This document shows positions 39,564-53,326 of a DNA stretch of 64,000 nt, piece after piece; within the stretch, counting starts at the first letter, position 1, and each line of letters starts with the position of its first letter. Location: the NCBI GenBank assembly GCA_000182565.2, contig KQ257452.1; one strand, 5' to 3'. The position numbers were made by a program, and so were the translations under genes. Under the pieces are notes generated by a model. That model searched no databases. It worked only from the letters and a program-made list of their open reading frames with translations, and was not told the origin of the DNA. The stretch comes from Spizellomyces punctatus DAOM BR117 (taxonomy: Eukaryota).

Positions 39564-41428
39564 TCATCTCGGCTCCAACCCAGCCTCGGCATACCCTTTT
39601 AGCATCCTATCAGCATCCAATTTATCTTCCTGCAACACCTCTGTCAAAACCGATAGTCCCTTTTGATGACCCGCCAACGTCTACAAAAAAATCCCAACAA
39701 ATGAGTAAACACCAGTTTAAATCTAAAATTATCCATTCCACATACCTCAAACATCAACTTGAGCTGCTCCTCATCCGCAATCTGATACCCCTCACTCACA
39801 CCCCCCGTCATCGAAAACTGTTTTGAGCTCTTTGTTTGCTGCATAAACGCCCAAATCTCATTCAACCTCCCTCGAAAGACGGATGGTTTTTGAAGATCGC
39901 GTTGCATGGCTTCGAGACGGGATTTGAAGCGTTCTTCTTCGGCGCGGATTGAGTAGCCGCGGTTACGGATCAGTTGGACTTGTTTCAATAGCTTTTGGTA
40001 GTGTGTTAGTGATTGCAAGTTTTTGTTGTTTGGAAAGCAGACGGAAGGCGGGACTTACTTGTAGGACTTTGGCGACAAGGACGGCTTGTTTGCGTTTATA
40101 TTCCTCTAGTTTGGGGAGTGTGTCTAGGTAATGTTTTCGTTGGAGGGTTTCTACTTGGGTTTTGATTTCCTGGTACAAAAAACCATTACAGATGCGAGGC
40201 GTGATACGCGAAACATGAATTTTTCGTTTTTTACCTCGAGTTTGGATTTATGCGCTTGGTAGGCTTGATCTTGCTGTGCGATTCGCTTTTTAATGTCTCC
40301 AAAGCCGACAGCGAGTACAGGAACCATACTGACAATGAACGTGTCAAAATAAAAGTTGTCCTTGTGATTTTTTTTAGGGACATACCATTTTGAATCTGGG
40401 TTGTCGCGTTGGGCTTGCTCATATAATGACAAGTCCGTTCCTTGTGGTGGTCCATAGCGCTGGATTTCAGATGGATGTACAATATTGTAAAAGTAATGCT
40501 TTTTATAAAAAGGTTGTGTGAGTCCTCCATTTCATAAACAGATATCACGGACTATATGGGATCTCACCTTGAATTGACATCGTGGGTCCCGGTCATCCCA
40601 CGCTGCAGCAGATGCCTGTATTTGAGCAGCAATCGCCATGGCAAGTTGTTGCGACCCTGCAGTTGTAGATAAGTCAAGATTTGTCGCTCGTATTTCTTAA
40701 ACACTCATCTTTACTCACCTTGTTGGGTAACGCCAATGGCTTGTGGCTGTTGTGTCGTGAGACCTCCTAACCCACCCCCAAATCCCACCTGTGGTTGCGA
40801 TGCACCCAAGGTCGATAGTTGTTGCTGAGGTTGACCGAATCCACCAAATCCCAATGAACTCGGTTGTTGTGCTTGTGTCGTCGTCGTGGTTCCGAATCCG
40901 CCAAATCCAGCAAAAGTGGGTTGTTGTTGTGGTTGGGAGGTACCGCCAAAGCCGCCAAACCCTGTTGATGCCGTCTGTTGTGGTTGGGATGTTCCAAATC
41001 CACCAAATCCTGTTGATGCCGTCTGTTGTGGCTGGGAAGTTCCAAACCCACCAAAGCCCGTAGACGCCGTCTGTTGCGGCTGAGACGTCCCGAACCCACC
41101 AAATCCCGTCGTACTAGCCCCTGCAGCTGGCTGAGAAGTTCCAAATCCACCAAACCCCGTAGACGCCGTCTGTTGCGGCTGAGAAGTCCCAAACCCACCA
41201 AACCCAGTCGTGGCCTGCTGCTGCTGCGGCTGTTGCAAAGACCCGCTCGGTGTACCAAATCCGCTAAACCCCGATGCTCCCTGTTGGGCAGCACCGAATC
41301 CGCCTGGTGTCGTACCATACGCTGGTGGTAACTCGCCTGGTTTCTGTTGGGCTGGATGTAATGTGTCAGACATGTGGATGAGAGGACATTTTATCGCGTT
41401 TGAACGTGTACTTACAAAAAAAGGACAT
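39564..41428 (-). CDS. NUP57: Central channel FG nucleoporin Nup57/Nup54
   Basis: Micro-exon MSFF; FG repeats; YEQAQRDNPD...MVPVLAVGFGDIKKR, LIRNRGYSIRAEEE, FRGRLNEIWA. Confidence 0.88.
40880..41210 (-). repeat. Coding tandem repeat (~48-54 nt) encoding (T)SQPQQTASTGFGGFG units
   Basis: Several near-identical units such as gacgccgtctgttgcggctgaga / gatgccgtctgttgtggttggga. Confidence 0.85.
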
Positions 41429-41935
41429 TGTCGGGTCGTGGAGATGAGGTTACGGATGAACAGTTTAGATAATAATGTAATGTCCGCAAAGTGTGATCAT
41501 CATCTCCGTCAACAAGTAATTAATGCAGAATCTACGCTTGCAATGCAACCACCTCGACACCATCACGTGCACAGTTGCCACAGCAACAACACTTCTTTTT
41601 GTTGTGCATCGAGCGAGATTCGAACCCTTGGTAGCAAGTTCTTGACAACTGCGACAAGCGGCCTTGTTTGAACGAAGTGGGTGTCATTTGGAGCGCTGGA
41701 CCTTTTTTTTTTTTGTTTTTGGTGACAAAGCTACTGCACAGCCACTCCGCTCTCGGGACTTGCAAAGGGTGATTGAGCAAAGGAAGATATTTGAGGTATG
41801 TGCGTTGTGTGTTGTGTGTGTGGGGTATACCCCTCTTTTCACGCTACATAGCTGACAGTGTGTAATTTTCTTGTCAAGAGAGCGGTGTACCGTCCTTTCT
41901 GACAGGACATTAGCACCGCAACAGTATAAACAACC

Positions 41936-43955
41936 ATGGCTCCAAGACGATTTTGTTCCACATGTAACCGGCACACCGAGGTCGAGCACGATGATGCCAT
42001 GGGGCATGTCGTTTGTACCGGATGCGGTGGAGTACGTAGCTATTCATACAAGAGCATATTTCCGGCGATAGTTCATGTTTTTTCTTGTTAGGTTATGGAA
42101 GAAAATGCTATTGTGGCTGAAGTTTCGTTTATGGAGAATGCAAAGGGGGCGGCGATTGCTGAGGGGTTTAGTATGGGGAAAGATAAAGGTATGATGTGTT
42201 GTTTTGTTCAGTTTTGGTAGGATGCATGATGACGGTTTTTGTAATGGATTTGTAGCGAGGGTGTCTCGTACGGCGCAAGGAAAAGGGGGCAAGTCCATGT
42301 TGGGCGGACAGGAATCGCGAGAAACCACCATCCAAAACGGTATGTCCAGTATAACCCATAACGTTCATAAAAAAAGGTGTTCATCTATAACAATCCCAAT
42401 CGTGTAGGCCATAGACGTATCCAAGATATCGCCTACCAATCCCAAATCCAAATGAACGCCCGCCAAATCGAATCCGCGCAACGATGGTTCAACCTTGCTG
42501 TTATTAACAACTTTACCAAAGGTCGGAAATTGAATAATGTTGCTGCGGCGTGTTTGTATGTTGTTTGTCGAATGGATAAGACGGCGCACATGTTGATTGA
42601 TTTTTCGGATGCCTTGTCGGTGCGTCTTCACGTTGACTATTTTTTTTTTTGGAAAGTACAGTAAAAACTAAACGTTTGATATGATAGACAAACGTGTACC
42701 AACTCGGCGCAACATTCCTCAAACTCGTCCAACTCTTACACCTCAACCTCCCCCTCGTCGACCCCGCCCTCTACATATCCCGCTTTGCAGCCCGACTCGA
42801 ATTCGAAGACAAGACGCCCCTCGTAATCAAGGATGCGAATCGCCTTGTACAGCGCATGAATCGGGATTGGATACAGGCTGGGCGGCGACCGGCTGGGATT
42901 TGTGCTGCGTGTATGTATGTTTTTTTTATTGGTTTGGGTATATTTTTTTTGGGATGTGGTTAAAAATTGATTGTTTATAGGTTTGTTTATTGCGGCGAGG
43001 ATGAATGGGTTTAAACGAACACACCGTGAAATTGTTATTGTGGTTAAAATCTGTGAAGCGACGCTTCGAAAACGGTAAATTCATTTGTCATATCGACAAA
43101 ACAGTCCTTCATTCCTCATCACTACACTCTAGATTAAAAGAATTTCAATCGACACCCTCGGCCAACCTCTCTGTCGAACAATTCCAAACGATATGGCTCC
43201 CAGATGAATCCAATCCCCCTGCTTTTGGGACAAAACGTAAACTTGATGAAGCAGAAGATGATGATACAGTTGATGCTGCAGGTGAACCCGATCAAGAAGA
43301 GTTGGACATGTTGAATGAGATTCGGGATATTTTGGCGAGACCTGATACGCAAGATCTCGTCCGGTCCGAAAATGGTAAATCTACAAGTATGTCATGTTAA
43401 AAGCCTGTACTCGAGTTGAATTGATTATTTTGTAGTGGATCCCATGGAAAATGAACCTAGTCTCTCCGACCTGGACAATGACCCCGAAATCGTCAACATC
43501 CTCGGTGTAACACAAGAAGAAGTTGAATTAAAAGAAATGATTTGGATGGAAGAAAACCAGGATTGGATACTCAAGCAACAACGTGTGTATTCACGCCCAT
43601 TCATCATCGCAGTCATGTTTATTGACTTTATATGTTAGTAAAAGAACAAACCAAAACAACCACCACCAAAAAACAACGAAAACCCCGACACCGTAAACCC
43701 AAACAAGCCCTCCCACCCGCCCAATCCCCGGCCGAAGCCACCAAAAACCTCTTGAATACCAAACCCCGCGCCTCCAAAAAAATTAATTACGATGTCATTG
43801 AGTCGTTGTTTGATGTGGATGATGATGAGATTCGGAAACGGGTTGCTAGTGTCAGTGGGAAGGGGTACTCTGGGATGAGTGTTACCGGGTTTGGAAGGGG
43901 TGGTGATGAGGATGTTGGTGATGGTGAGGAGGCTGGAGAGGAGGAGGGTGGGTAA
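41936..43955 (+). CDS. BRF1: TFIIIB subunit Brf1
   Basis: Zn ribbon CSTC...VVCTGCG, VAAACLYVVCR...HMLIDFSDAL, LVDPALYISRFA, MNRDWIQAGRRPAGICAAC, SKKINYD. Confidence 0.95.
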
Positions 43956-44226
43956 TGTGTCGAATCGTTGCTAGCCCCTGCCAGGGTGGGGTATGAGTGT
44001 TACGAGAGGGCTGTTGAGGACGAGTGGGTAATGTGTGTTTGGGTATGTATAGGTGACGATAGGAAAGGGAGTTGGCAACTTGTATATAAACCGTCTTTCA
44101 CATATTTTTTTGTTCGCAATAACAAAAAAAGGCACTGCACTACATACCAAAATATCCATTATAAAAGAAAACCGCCCAATAAACCAAGTCTCTTAAATAC
44201 ACACACATACACACACAAAAAAACAT

Positions 44227-47087
44227 TTAAGCATGCTGCAAATCCCAACTCGACAACCACTTTCGACTCTGCAAACTCGGCACACTCTCAAACCCAATTC
44301 CATATGTCAATGGTGCAAAATACCAGTAGCCCCACGCAGCACCCACCACAATCAAACTGGTCAACATGACATAGGTTCGAGACGGGCGGAGAACCGACTT
44401 TTTCCGTTGAGACAAGGACCATACACGCACAAAACAAAATTCAAGTGTACACACGAGAACCAAGACGGAAAAAATAAAACTAGGGAGGTAGTGATGCAAA
44501 AAGAGCATGCGGCCCATTAGGAAAAAGGGGAGGTAATGCGTCAACCAGGTCACAAATAGGAATCCAATGGCGTTATCCCACCACGTTCGAATGGGTCCGA
44601 AATCGTCAATACCCCGTCGGAGGAGGATGCGATCCATGATCCACATGGCGGCGTACATGACGGTTCCTGTAATCGAGAGCCACCAAATGAGGGGGTTGCC
44701 CAGAAGGTATATTTGGCGGAGACCGGCTTTGCGTTCCCAGAAACTGATGCCGCGGAGGACAAAGGGCCATGTTATTGGGGTGGAGGAATACGGGTGGGGT
44801 TTGGTCAGTCCGGCGTTGTGGGCAAACATGAGGGATTGGAGCTCGACGAATTTGGAGAGGAAGGGGAGGGTGGGTTTTTGCGGTTGGGTTTTGGGGTCAA
44901 TGATGGGTTCGCCGATTTCGGTGCCGTTGATGATGCGGGCGTGCTCGACTTGGTCTATCCACCAGACATTGTTGGCTTCCTTGAGGGCCTTGTTGCCATT
45001 GACTTCTTGCTGGCCGAATCCCCAGTCGGGGAGTTGGCCCTTGTGACAGTGGACGGCGACATTGTGGATAGCGTTCACGAGACGAAAGTGGGCGCGTTTG
45101 GACCAGAGTTTGTCTGAGCTGTCGTCGGCAACCAGTTGGATCTTCCACAGAGTTTCATTGTACCGGTTCGTGTCGTTGGCAGGGATGGTAGTCATTTCCA
45201 TGTGGGTGGGTGTCAAGGGACTAGCAACGTCGTGGGTGATGAGATGGCTGTTGGTGCGGGCATGCCTGAGGCGAACGAGATCATTGGGGCGGACGTAGCG
45301 GACGTTGCGCTCGGTTTCTTGGTCTGTGGGGGTATACGGGGCGGCAGAAGGGTACAGTGCGGGGTCAACGGGTTCAATGGTCCAGTGATTGTTGAGGTCG
45401 CGGTGAGGGTACCCAGTGACTTGCTGGCCTTGCGTGCTGATGCGGCCGTCATCATAGCGGAGCGGGTACTTTTCGGGGTGGGAATGAAGGTAGGCCGTCG
45501 TCTCGCGGTGCCGGATGGTAATGTTTGAAAAGAACGGAATGGCTAAATGAGGGGAACCCCAATCATGCATGAGGAATGGGAGAGTGAACACATGCAATAA
45601 AAACAATGCTTACCACTCGAGTTGGTATTCATTTCACTTCCTAAAAGGCCATCCTGGAACGCAGGGCTCATAAAGGCATCGCCTGGCCCACTCTTGACCA
45701 GAATCGCAAAATGAACATAAAAGAATGCAAGGTAGACCACGAGTGGGAGAAAGATTAAGCAGAGTGCACGGGCGGAAAAGTGCCGTGCAAATTCGCGCAA
45801 GGACAAGCCGCGACGGTAGTCGAGGAGATTCCAGAGGTCAAACAAGACGGCGATTCCGACGGCGGCGACTGTAAACAGCCCAACCATTTTGACTCTATCC
45901 ATCATCGGGTAAGCAATCTCGCGTTCAAGTGTATTTAAAATGTCTTGGCAAGACTTACCCTGTCGTGCAGGCCAATGCAATTCCGGTCATGGACAGCCAA
46001 AAGTACCATTCAAAGGAAAAGGGTCTATAAAAGAGGTTTTGTGAGCAAAAGTGTCCCAATCATTGTCCTCGTGTTTTGTACTCACACATGACGCTTTTTA
46101 TAAAACCGAATCCAGGCGTAAATGGAACACACGCAGAAAAGGGTGAGCATCGAGTCCAAGAGAATGAGTCGCGATTGTGTAATCAACGAGTTGTCTGGTG
46201 AAAAAGTAAAAACATGAGCAACATGCATAACCTCATGAACCGTCCTTTCTGTCCATCGAGACTTGGTGCTCAATCCTCAACGGACACTCACCCAAGATGA
46301 TGAGAAAGGCGCCAAACGTCGCACCAGCGACACTCAGACCCAGCTCTTTGAGAATCAAAAAGACGACAGGGACAATCAATGCTCCACAGGTAGCAGGCAA
46401 CAACCTCAAGGCGACATAGGGAACACCATGCTCTATATAGTCATCCCCAATGTGATCGAATAAAAAGTGGCCATCGTAACCGACTGCATAGCCTACTGCA
46501 GCGAGCAAGAGTTTTCCGAGGGGCGGATGCACGTCAAAGTAGTATTCACGACGGAGGTAATACGAAGCGAATTTTCCAAAGTGCACTTCATCGAATCTAC
46601 AACGAAAAGAGAGGGAAGAGAGTCGGCATACTCGGATTGCATTGAAAGACGCGTTGACAGCAAGACCGAGGGAGCGAGAGAGAGAGAGAGAGCGCGCGCG
46701 CGTAAGACCAGAGGTGGAATTCCAAAAGACGAATGCTCAACAAGCGTGCATTGCAGACAGTCCTTGTCTCTCACGCGGACCTTCTCCCTCTCTTCTCGAC
46801 TTTACTCTTGCAGGATAAACTTACACAACTTGAGCGGGATCACCGATATTCCAGCAGCGGGTAAAGAATGCCATGAACGTCACGAGCAAGAGCATGGCGT
46901 CAAAGCCGCGTTGGGGATTGTAAGGAGGACGCTGTTGCTTTTTAGTGTCTTGCTCATCCTGATCCTCATCATCTTGTTGTGGTGGTGGTGGTGTTGTGGA
47001 GGTGTCGAGAGACGTGTCTGTCGAGTGTCCCTTGCGGTGCCTGAGAGTAGAGAGTGTAGAGGATGGTGAAATGGTGTCGTCCTCCAT
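44227..47087 (-). CDS. PMT4: Dolichyl-phosphate-mannose:protein O-mannosyltransferase, PMT4 subfamily
   Basis: [50 protein letters not shown], MIR domains (YLHSH...GRISTQGQQVTGY), HYLPFFLMGRMLFLHHYLP. Confidence 0.93.
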
Positions 47088-47310
47088 AACGATAAAGACA
47101 AACAAGAATGAACAAGTATAATATAAACGGTTGGCAACACACACAAGCGGGATCGTGTGTGTGTGTGGGGAGGCGTGGTTGTTGGCATGGCAATAAGAAG
47201 TGTGAGAGTGTGAAATACTAGTAATAGTAAGAGTAAATACTAGGAATACACAACACATATATGAATGAAATATTCTCAAAGGGGGAATCAGTTGTTATTA
47301 GCAAGTCTCT

Positions 47311-47311
<1 letters not shown>

Positions 47312-47343
<32 letters not shown>

Positions 47344-47719
47344 GTAGGAATTACATTCAATTATAGAAATAATCTCTCTTTTATCACTCTATTCATATTG
47401 CAATTCTCTCTCTCTCTCTCTTCTCTCTCTCTTTTGTATGTATGTGTATGTGTGTGTGTGTGAAGTGTAGAGTATAAGTAATTCCCTTTGATTGTCAATT
47501 CCATTCTTGGTGTTTGAAAGGGGGATTCACACACGCGCGCTCTTGTTCTTGTTGTTGTTGCTTTCACACTTTTACTGCGCATTCTATCACACTCTTTACA
47601 CACTCTATACTCACTACGCATGGGTATTTGAATAGGAAACAAACGATTAACGGGTTTATCTTATTATCCACATATACACACACACTTGAAAGAAGGGAAG
47701 GGGACACTCGCTACTCTCA

Positions 47720-47759
<40 letters not shown>
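47312..47759. repeat. Microsatellite cluster (TG)n, (AG)n, (CT)n, (AC)n in the PMT4/homeobox divergent promoter
   Basis: (TG)(AG) run at ~47312-47344, CT run at ~47406-47431, TG run at ~47437-47462, (AC)n at ~47724-47759. Confidence 0.9.
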
Positions 47760-47761
<2 letters not shown>

Positions 47762-47774
47762 CTGCGGACACGTC

Positions 47775-48995
47775 ATGACGGGGAATCAACGGGAGAGGTG
47801 TCTCTCACCGTCACAACCTTCCACTCCCACTACTACTAGTACTAGTACTACTACTACAATGTCACTATCCGTTACTTTGTCTGCTCCTTCTCTCTCCTCT
47901 CCACCACCACAACGACGACTACAAGATTCCCACGACAACTCGCCTCAAGACTCGTCGTCTTCGTCTTCTGCGCTGGCCTTTCCCACAACCGCACAAGCAT
48001 TTGCTCAGGCTCAACTCGCTCACCTCCAGGCTCAACTCCAGGCTCAGATACACCACCAGATTCAGCAACACATTGCCCAAGGCATGCCGCCCATGCCTCC
48101 TCACTTGGTTCAGTACCACATTCAGCAACAACTCCAGCAGCAGCTCGCTCACTTTCAACAAGGACAACAAGGGCAAGGACAAGAGCAGCAACAGCAACAA
48201 CACGCCAGGCCCACTCCCACACCGTTCATGGAACCTTGGACTCCGCTACCCGGTCCCACAAGCACCTTTCACCAGTATCGCCCTCCCGTCGACCCGAGTG
48301 CATCCATGACTGTAACGACAACAACAACAACAACAACAACAACAAAAAGTCCATCGTCAATCACCTCAAACGACTCTCACGCGGCCGCTCCTCTGCCCTT
48401 TGCCAGCGTCCAGTCCTTTCGCAACTTTTTCACTCCCTACGCCTCTACGGTCCTCCCCATGCACGGTCGCCCCCCAACCACGCTTCATCGCCCAGTCGTC
48501 CAGCTCACGTATACCCAAATGCCCCTCACAAAAGCCAAACGACGCCGTCCGACCCCCGGCCAAGTCAAAGTCTTGAATATGGTCTTTGACAAGACATTCT
48601 TTCCCAGCACAGAACTCCGACAAGCCCTTGCCCACGAACTCGAAATGTGTCCGCGTGCCATCCAAGTTTGGTTCCAAAACAAGCGGCAGGGCTGGCGGAC
48701 CAAGCATGGACATGCCGCCATGAAGCGTGAACCCGTCCCCCTTGAGCAAGTCCAAACGTGGTGTAAAAAGTATTATACAAAACGAAAAAATCAAGACGAC
48801 GAGGTCACACCCGATGATGAATTCACGTCTCGCCCTGTGGATACCTATCGATCTGGACCGTCGTCTACTACAATACCCTCTCGGTCGCCGTTGCCTGCGC
48901 CGCGTACACCTCCAACGCCTTTGGATGCACAGGGCGCTGCGGCTGCTGCCTTGGCCTTTGCGACAGGTCAGAGGGCTCAATCCACAATTGTCTGA
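47775..48995 (+). CDS. Homeodomain transcription factor (non-TALE, Yox1/Yhp1-like) with Gln-rich region
   Basis: KRRRPTPGQVKVLNMVFDKTFFPSTELRQALAHELEMCPRAIQVWFQNKRQ; poly-Q and poly-T tracts; start at 47775 or 47859. Confidence 0.85.
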   Translation: MTGNQRERCLSPSQPSTPTTTSTSTTTTMSLSVTLSAPSLSSPPPQRRLQDSHDNSPQDSSSSSSALAFPTTAQAFAQAQLAHLQAQLQAQIHHQIQQHIAQGMPPMPPHLVQYHIQQQLQQQLAHFQQGQQGQGQEQQQQQHARPTPTPFMEPWTPLPGPTSTFHQYRPPVDPSASMTVTTTTTTTTTTKSPSSITSNDSHAAAPLPFASVQSFRNFFTPYASTVLPMHGRPPTTLHRPVVQLTYTQMPLTKAKRRRPTPGQVKVLNMVFDKTFFPSTELRQALAHELEMCPRAIQVWFQNKRQGWRTKHGHAAMKREPVPLEQVQTWCKKYYTKRKNQDDEVTPDDEFTSRPVDTYRSGPSSTTIPSRSPLPAPRTPPTPLDAQGAAAAALAFATGQRAQSTIV

Positions 48996-51635
48996 CATCC
49001 ACAACTGTCCAACACTGTACAGTTTGAGATGGTGGTAATGACGATAAAGCGTTGTGCCGAAGAATGTATAGCGAGGAAAAAGTGCGTAGCTGAGAATGGT
49101 TAAAGCAAATTGGGATGTAGTTGCAAAATCCATGCAAAGCATGGTGAAATATATATATTTTTTTATTATATTGAGGGACCGGGGGTTTCTTTTTGACTGT
49201 AGTTGACTTATGAGCATTCACGATCTGCACGCAAAACACATTCCTTGGACACTTGTCTTTTGCATACAAAGACATTGTTGACCAATTTATGCATGAGCAC
49301 TGACACATGCACAGCTCTTTTACTGTTTAGGAGGGATCACCACTGTAGCCATATTTCTGTAGACCAAAAACGTCGTATTTCAAAGGCTGTGATATTGTCA
49401 GATGTAGATAGTTTGTGGAATTTCAATCGAGTAGGTTATAGTATCAGACATTTCATTTCTGTTACATATATTTTCGGTTGAGCGTTGGTTACATATGTAT
49501 TTGCTTGTGGGTTATTGTGTTGCTTTGTCAGAGAGCGGGATGCGGATGGTAGGATGCAAGCGTCGTTAATGTAAGGTATTCCGTTTGTGCATGGATGGGT
49601 TTTGGGGTTAGGGTTCATACCTCTATTCTCTTCGACGCATAAAGAAAATACACATCTCATCATAAAAGCCATATCCTTGTCATGTACCTTGGTTTCTATC
49701 CTGCACAAACGGAATTTCATAACAAACTACAAGTTGCTATCCCACATTACAGGACGTGCGCGTGTAGAGTTGGTATTCTTTAATGCACTGTGTTGCATGG
49801 TATGTGTTCTGGATGGATTGGTAACAGTATGGAATGTGCACATGTGTGCGCTGAGATTGGATTCGCGAATAAACAAGGTTTTGTTTATTTGTTTATTTAT
49901 TGTAACAGACTTGTTTTCGCTAGTTTCTTGAACACTTTCATCTTGCGGTGACCTTTACTGTCGTCTCCCCAACGCTGCTACGTAGAGACTTGTTTGAATA
50001 CTATACCCACATCCATTCTACCCAAACGATAACGAGTTGACCACATTACCAATCGTTTGCAAAACTCATATTCGCCTTCATCTGACTCATCATCCTGCTG
50101 GACCCCACATCGCCACTCCAAACGAGCTCGTTTTTGTACCCAACATACCCACTCGAACGGGATTTTGCCAACCATGCATATCACATGCCTATGAGTTACT
50201 ATTGAACATGTCATTATACTTTTATATATTGAAGTGAATGAGTTAAAGTATTTGTGATGAACATCATGGTTGTAAGAGTCCAAAGACAAAAACTCTTCGT
50301 CTTTTTGATTTTTCGATGTGACTTTACTGATCGGTTTCTGGATTCGACAAGATCGTCTTGTCACGCCTTCTACACTTGTAACGTTTTTGGGCGCTTTACA
50401 AGAGTAACTCACACACCCATTCTGCAGAGTCAAGGTTTTTGTGGTTTGCTTTACGACACAAACGTGGTGGATTACGCTAAAGTACCTAAAAAGCGCTATA
50501 CCTTAACACACGCTAGTTTTTGATCGCGTTTGCGCAGCAGTTTGGTTCCTCGCTCCCGTCATGACGCGATAAAAGCTCCCTCCCTTTTCCTGCAGAGTCT
50601 TTTGTTCTGTTTACAAGTTACTTGAACGACTGGGAATCCGCCGTCTTTGTGTATCACTCGTAATGGTTTTTTTTTTTTTGCAGAGTTGTGTGTTGTATGG
50701 TTGTGATGTATAAGTCAGGTACGTACGACAAAGGTTGGACGCGGTTGAATTGTCCTGTCTATGCAAACAGGGAAGGTTACTGCACCAACAACGTTTTTGC
50801 AGAGTTGGTATGTGATTGCTCACTGTTGTTGACTGCTCGCTATTGCAGAGCATTTCGCGCGGTCGCGGTCGCGTTCGCGTCGACCAAAAGGGCGTGCTAG
50901 CCATCTGTGGGACGCGTTCTGTAAGGCTGGCTTCTCACCTCCAACCCTTATCCTACTCTTTAAGTCCAAAGTACAAAAAACTCTGCCAATCTTTTAGGGA
51001 AACTCCCCTTGCCATCCTTACACTTTCTGCACGTGTGTTGCTCATCAACAACAAGAAGGGATATGACACCTCCAAAAACACAAGTCCTGGGCAACACACA
51101 AACAACGCCCAACTGACTGTATTACAAAACGCAAAGTGAGTAAGATGACATGTTCAAGCCCTAGATCCAGAACCCTAGATCCAGAAAAACCAAAAAATGC
51201 ATCACATCAACGCCGATCTTCAAGCCCAATCATCAAAACCCAACAAAACATTCAATCACACTACACCAAATTGTCCAGTAAGCTGTCAATACCTGTCCAT
51301 TCCACTTGTCAATCTCTTGTCACTTGTCATCACTGACATGCCCCTCTGAGAAAAACCCCCCACTTTGCACGCACCTCGCCCCCACACGATATACCCTGTG
51401 GCCCAAACACACGACACAAAAAGTGTCATCCTTGCATGAAAAAAAAAAAAAAGAGAGAACGAGATGGGTGGGGTGGGGTTGGTGGGGTTGTTTTTTGTGG
51501 GGTATATAAATACGTAGTGTTTTGGTTTTCTTTTTACTCTCTGTAGGTACATTCAGTGTTCCAAAAGAAAAGTACATCCACTTTCTGCCTACACATTTGT
51601 TTTTGAGTTCCTATTTCTTTTGTTTTCGCTTCACC

Positions 51636-53146
51636 ATGCATCGGTTCGCCATCTTGTTTGCCCTCTTGGCGTGCTTGTTCACATCTGTCAAAACGTCGCC
51701 CTTGAGTGGAGCGCTCTTTATTTCCAACCTTGATGAAGAGAGTGTTGAGTTGTTTACTAATACCCTCAAGGACCGGCAGGAGGGGTCTCTTAGTATGTTT
51801 GTCCATGTTTTTTATATTGTATTGTCTTGGTTGCTGATAGGTTTTGTCAATAGTTGATCGGCTTAGGGGAGACAAACGGTTCAGTCGCTTTGTCGACGCA
51901 CTTTCTCGGGACCGCGGGCTTCGTGATGATTTGGAGAACAAGGACAAAAAGGCTACCGTGTTTGCTCCCACCAATGAGGCTTTCAAGCACATGGTAAGTT
52001 TTGTCCTTTTTCGCGACGCATCAAGATCTTTTGTAATAAAGGTTCGACACTGCTAGGAGGATGACAGGAGGCGCAACAATGATGAACGCGAGATGGGCGA
52101 GATTCTCCGCTACCACATCTGCCCTGACATGAACATTCGCAGTGACGAAATGCATCGAGGCATGCTGTTGCGCACTGACCTTCGTCTCAAGAAACTCAAT
52201 GATCGGCACCAGAGGATCCGCGTTTTCCGCTTCCGTGGGGACGTTTGGCTGGTAAGACTTTTCATCTCATCTCATCACATCACACTATGACGCTTGAATT
52301 GAATGAAAAACCTTTACAGAACATGCGTGCCCGGATTGTCGAAAAAGACATGGAAGCAGAAAACGGACGCATCCACGCCATCGACCGTATTCTCATTCCT
52401 CCCCGTGACGCCCGCGAAATGCTCTACATGATGCCCTCGGAATTCTCCACCTTCCTCTCCGGCGCGGAACGGACCGACATGGGTAAACACATGGCAGATG
52501 AAAAGGGACTCACCATCTTTGCGCCTAGCAATGAAGCTTGGCAGCGTCTTGGATTCGAGAACCTCCGATACCTCTTTAGCTGTGTTGGACAGGACCGTCA
52601 GCATGGCATGGAACGTCACCATGAATGCAAGGGAGTTCAGGATCTCAAGCGTATCATTCAGTACCACATGGGCCGAGACCTGGCTTACACGACCGACATG
52701 ATGGAAAAGCGCGAAATGCGTAAGTATCCAAACCAACTCCCTTCTCAACTTTTCCAACCACTGAACGCACGATCCCACATCATCTTAAAAGGCCTCAAAA
52801 CCCTCTACGAAGACAAAACCGTCCTCGTCGAAGCCAAAGAACGGAACCACAAGGACCGCGACCGTGACAGCTATTCCGACTCGTGCTCTGGTAAAGACCG
52901 AGACCGTAAACACGATGTTCGTCGGTACATGTTCCTAATCAACAAAGGGGAGGCAAAAGTTCAGGTGAGGTTTGAAATGTGTGATTGTGGGTTGGTTAAG
53001 GAGCGGTTATTGATTCTTTTTCTTTGTTTTGGGTGCTTTCTTTTGTGTAGTTTGCTGATGGGCTTGCTGAGAATGGGGCTATCCACATGATTGACAGTGT
53101 TCTTGTTCCCGATGATGTCAAGCTGCCGCATGATCGGTTTGATTGA
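51636..53146 (+). CDS. Secreted fasciclin (two FAS1 domains) protein
   Basis: Signal peptide MHRFAILFALLACLFTSVKT; TVFAPTNEAF, ILRYHI, DMEAENGRIHAIDRILIP; second TIFAPSNEAW...ENGAIHMIDSVLVP. Confidence 0.88.
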
Positions 53147-53326
53147 ACTGTTGCAAAGCGTTTGCAAAGTAGAAAGCTTGCATATCGCCAGAGTGGATGT
53201 ACATAAATCACTGGTGTACCAAAACTTGGATTTTGCACAAACCAAGTATTTTCAAAACCAATGCAAGATTCAACCCTTTGGCAAATGGTAGGGTCCTGTA
53301 TGAATTGTACACCTCTACCCAGTAGC

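Noticed and set aside
40880-41210. Regularly spaced repeats resembling a CRISPR array
   Set aside because: In-frame FG-nucleoporin coding repeats with no unique spacers, in a eukaryotic gene
48366-49217. 283-aa minus-strand ORF
   Set aside because: Mostly antisense to the homeobox gene; no recognisable motifs
50611-50904. 97-aa ORF with possible splice sites in the long intergenic region
   Set aside because: No recognisable domain and no consistent exon chain could be built
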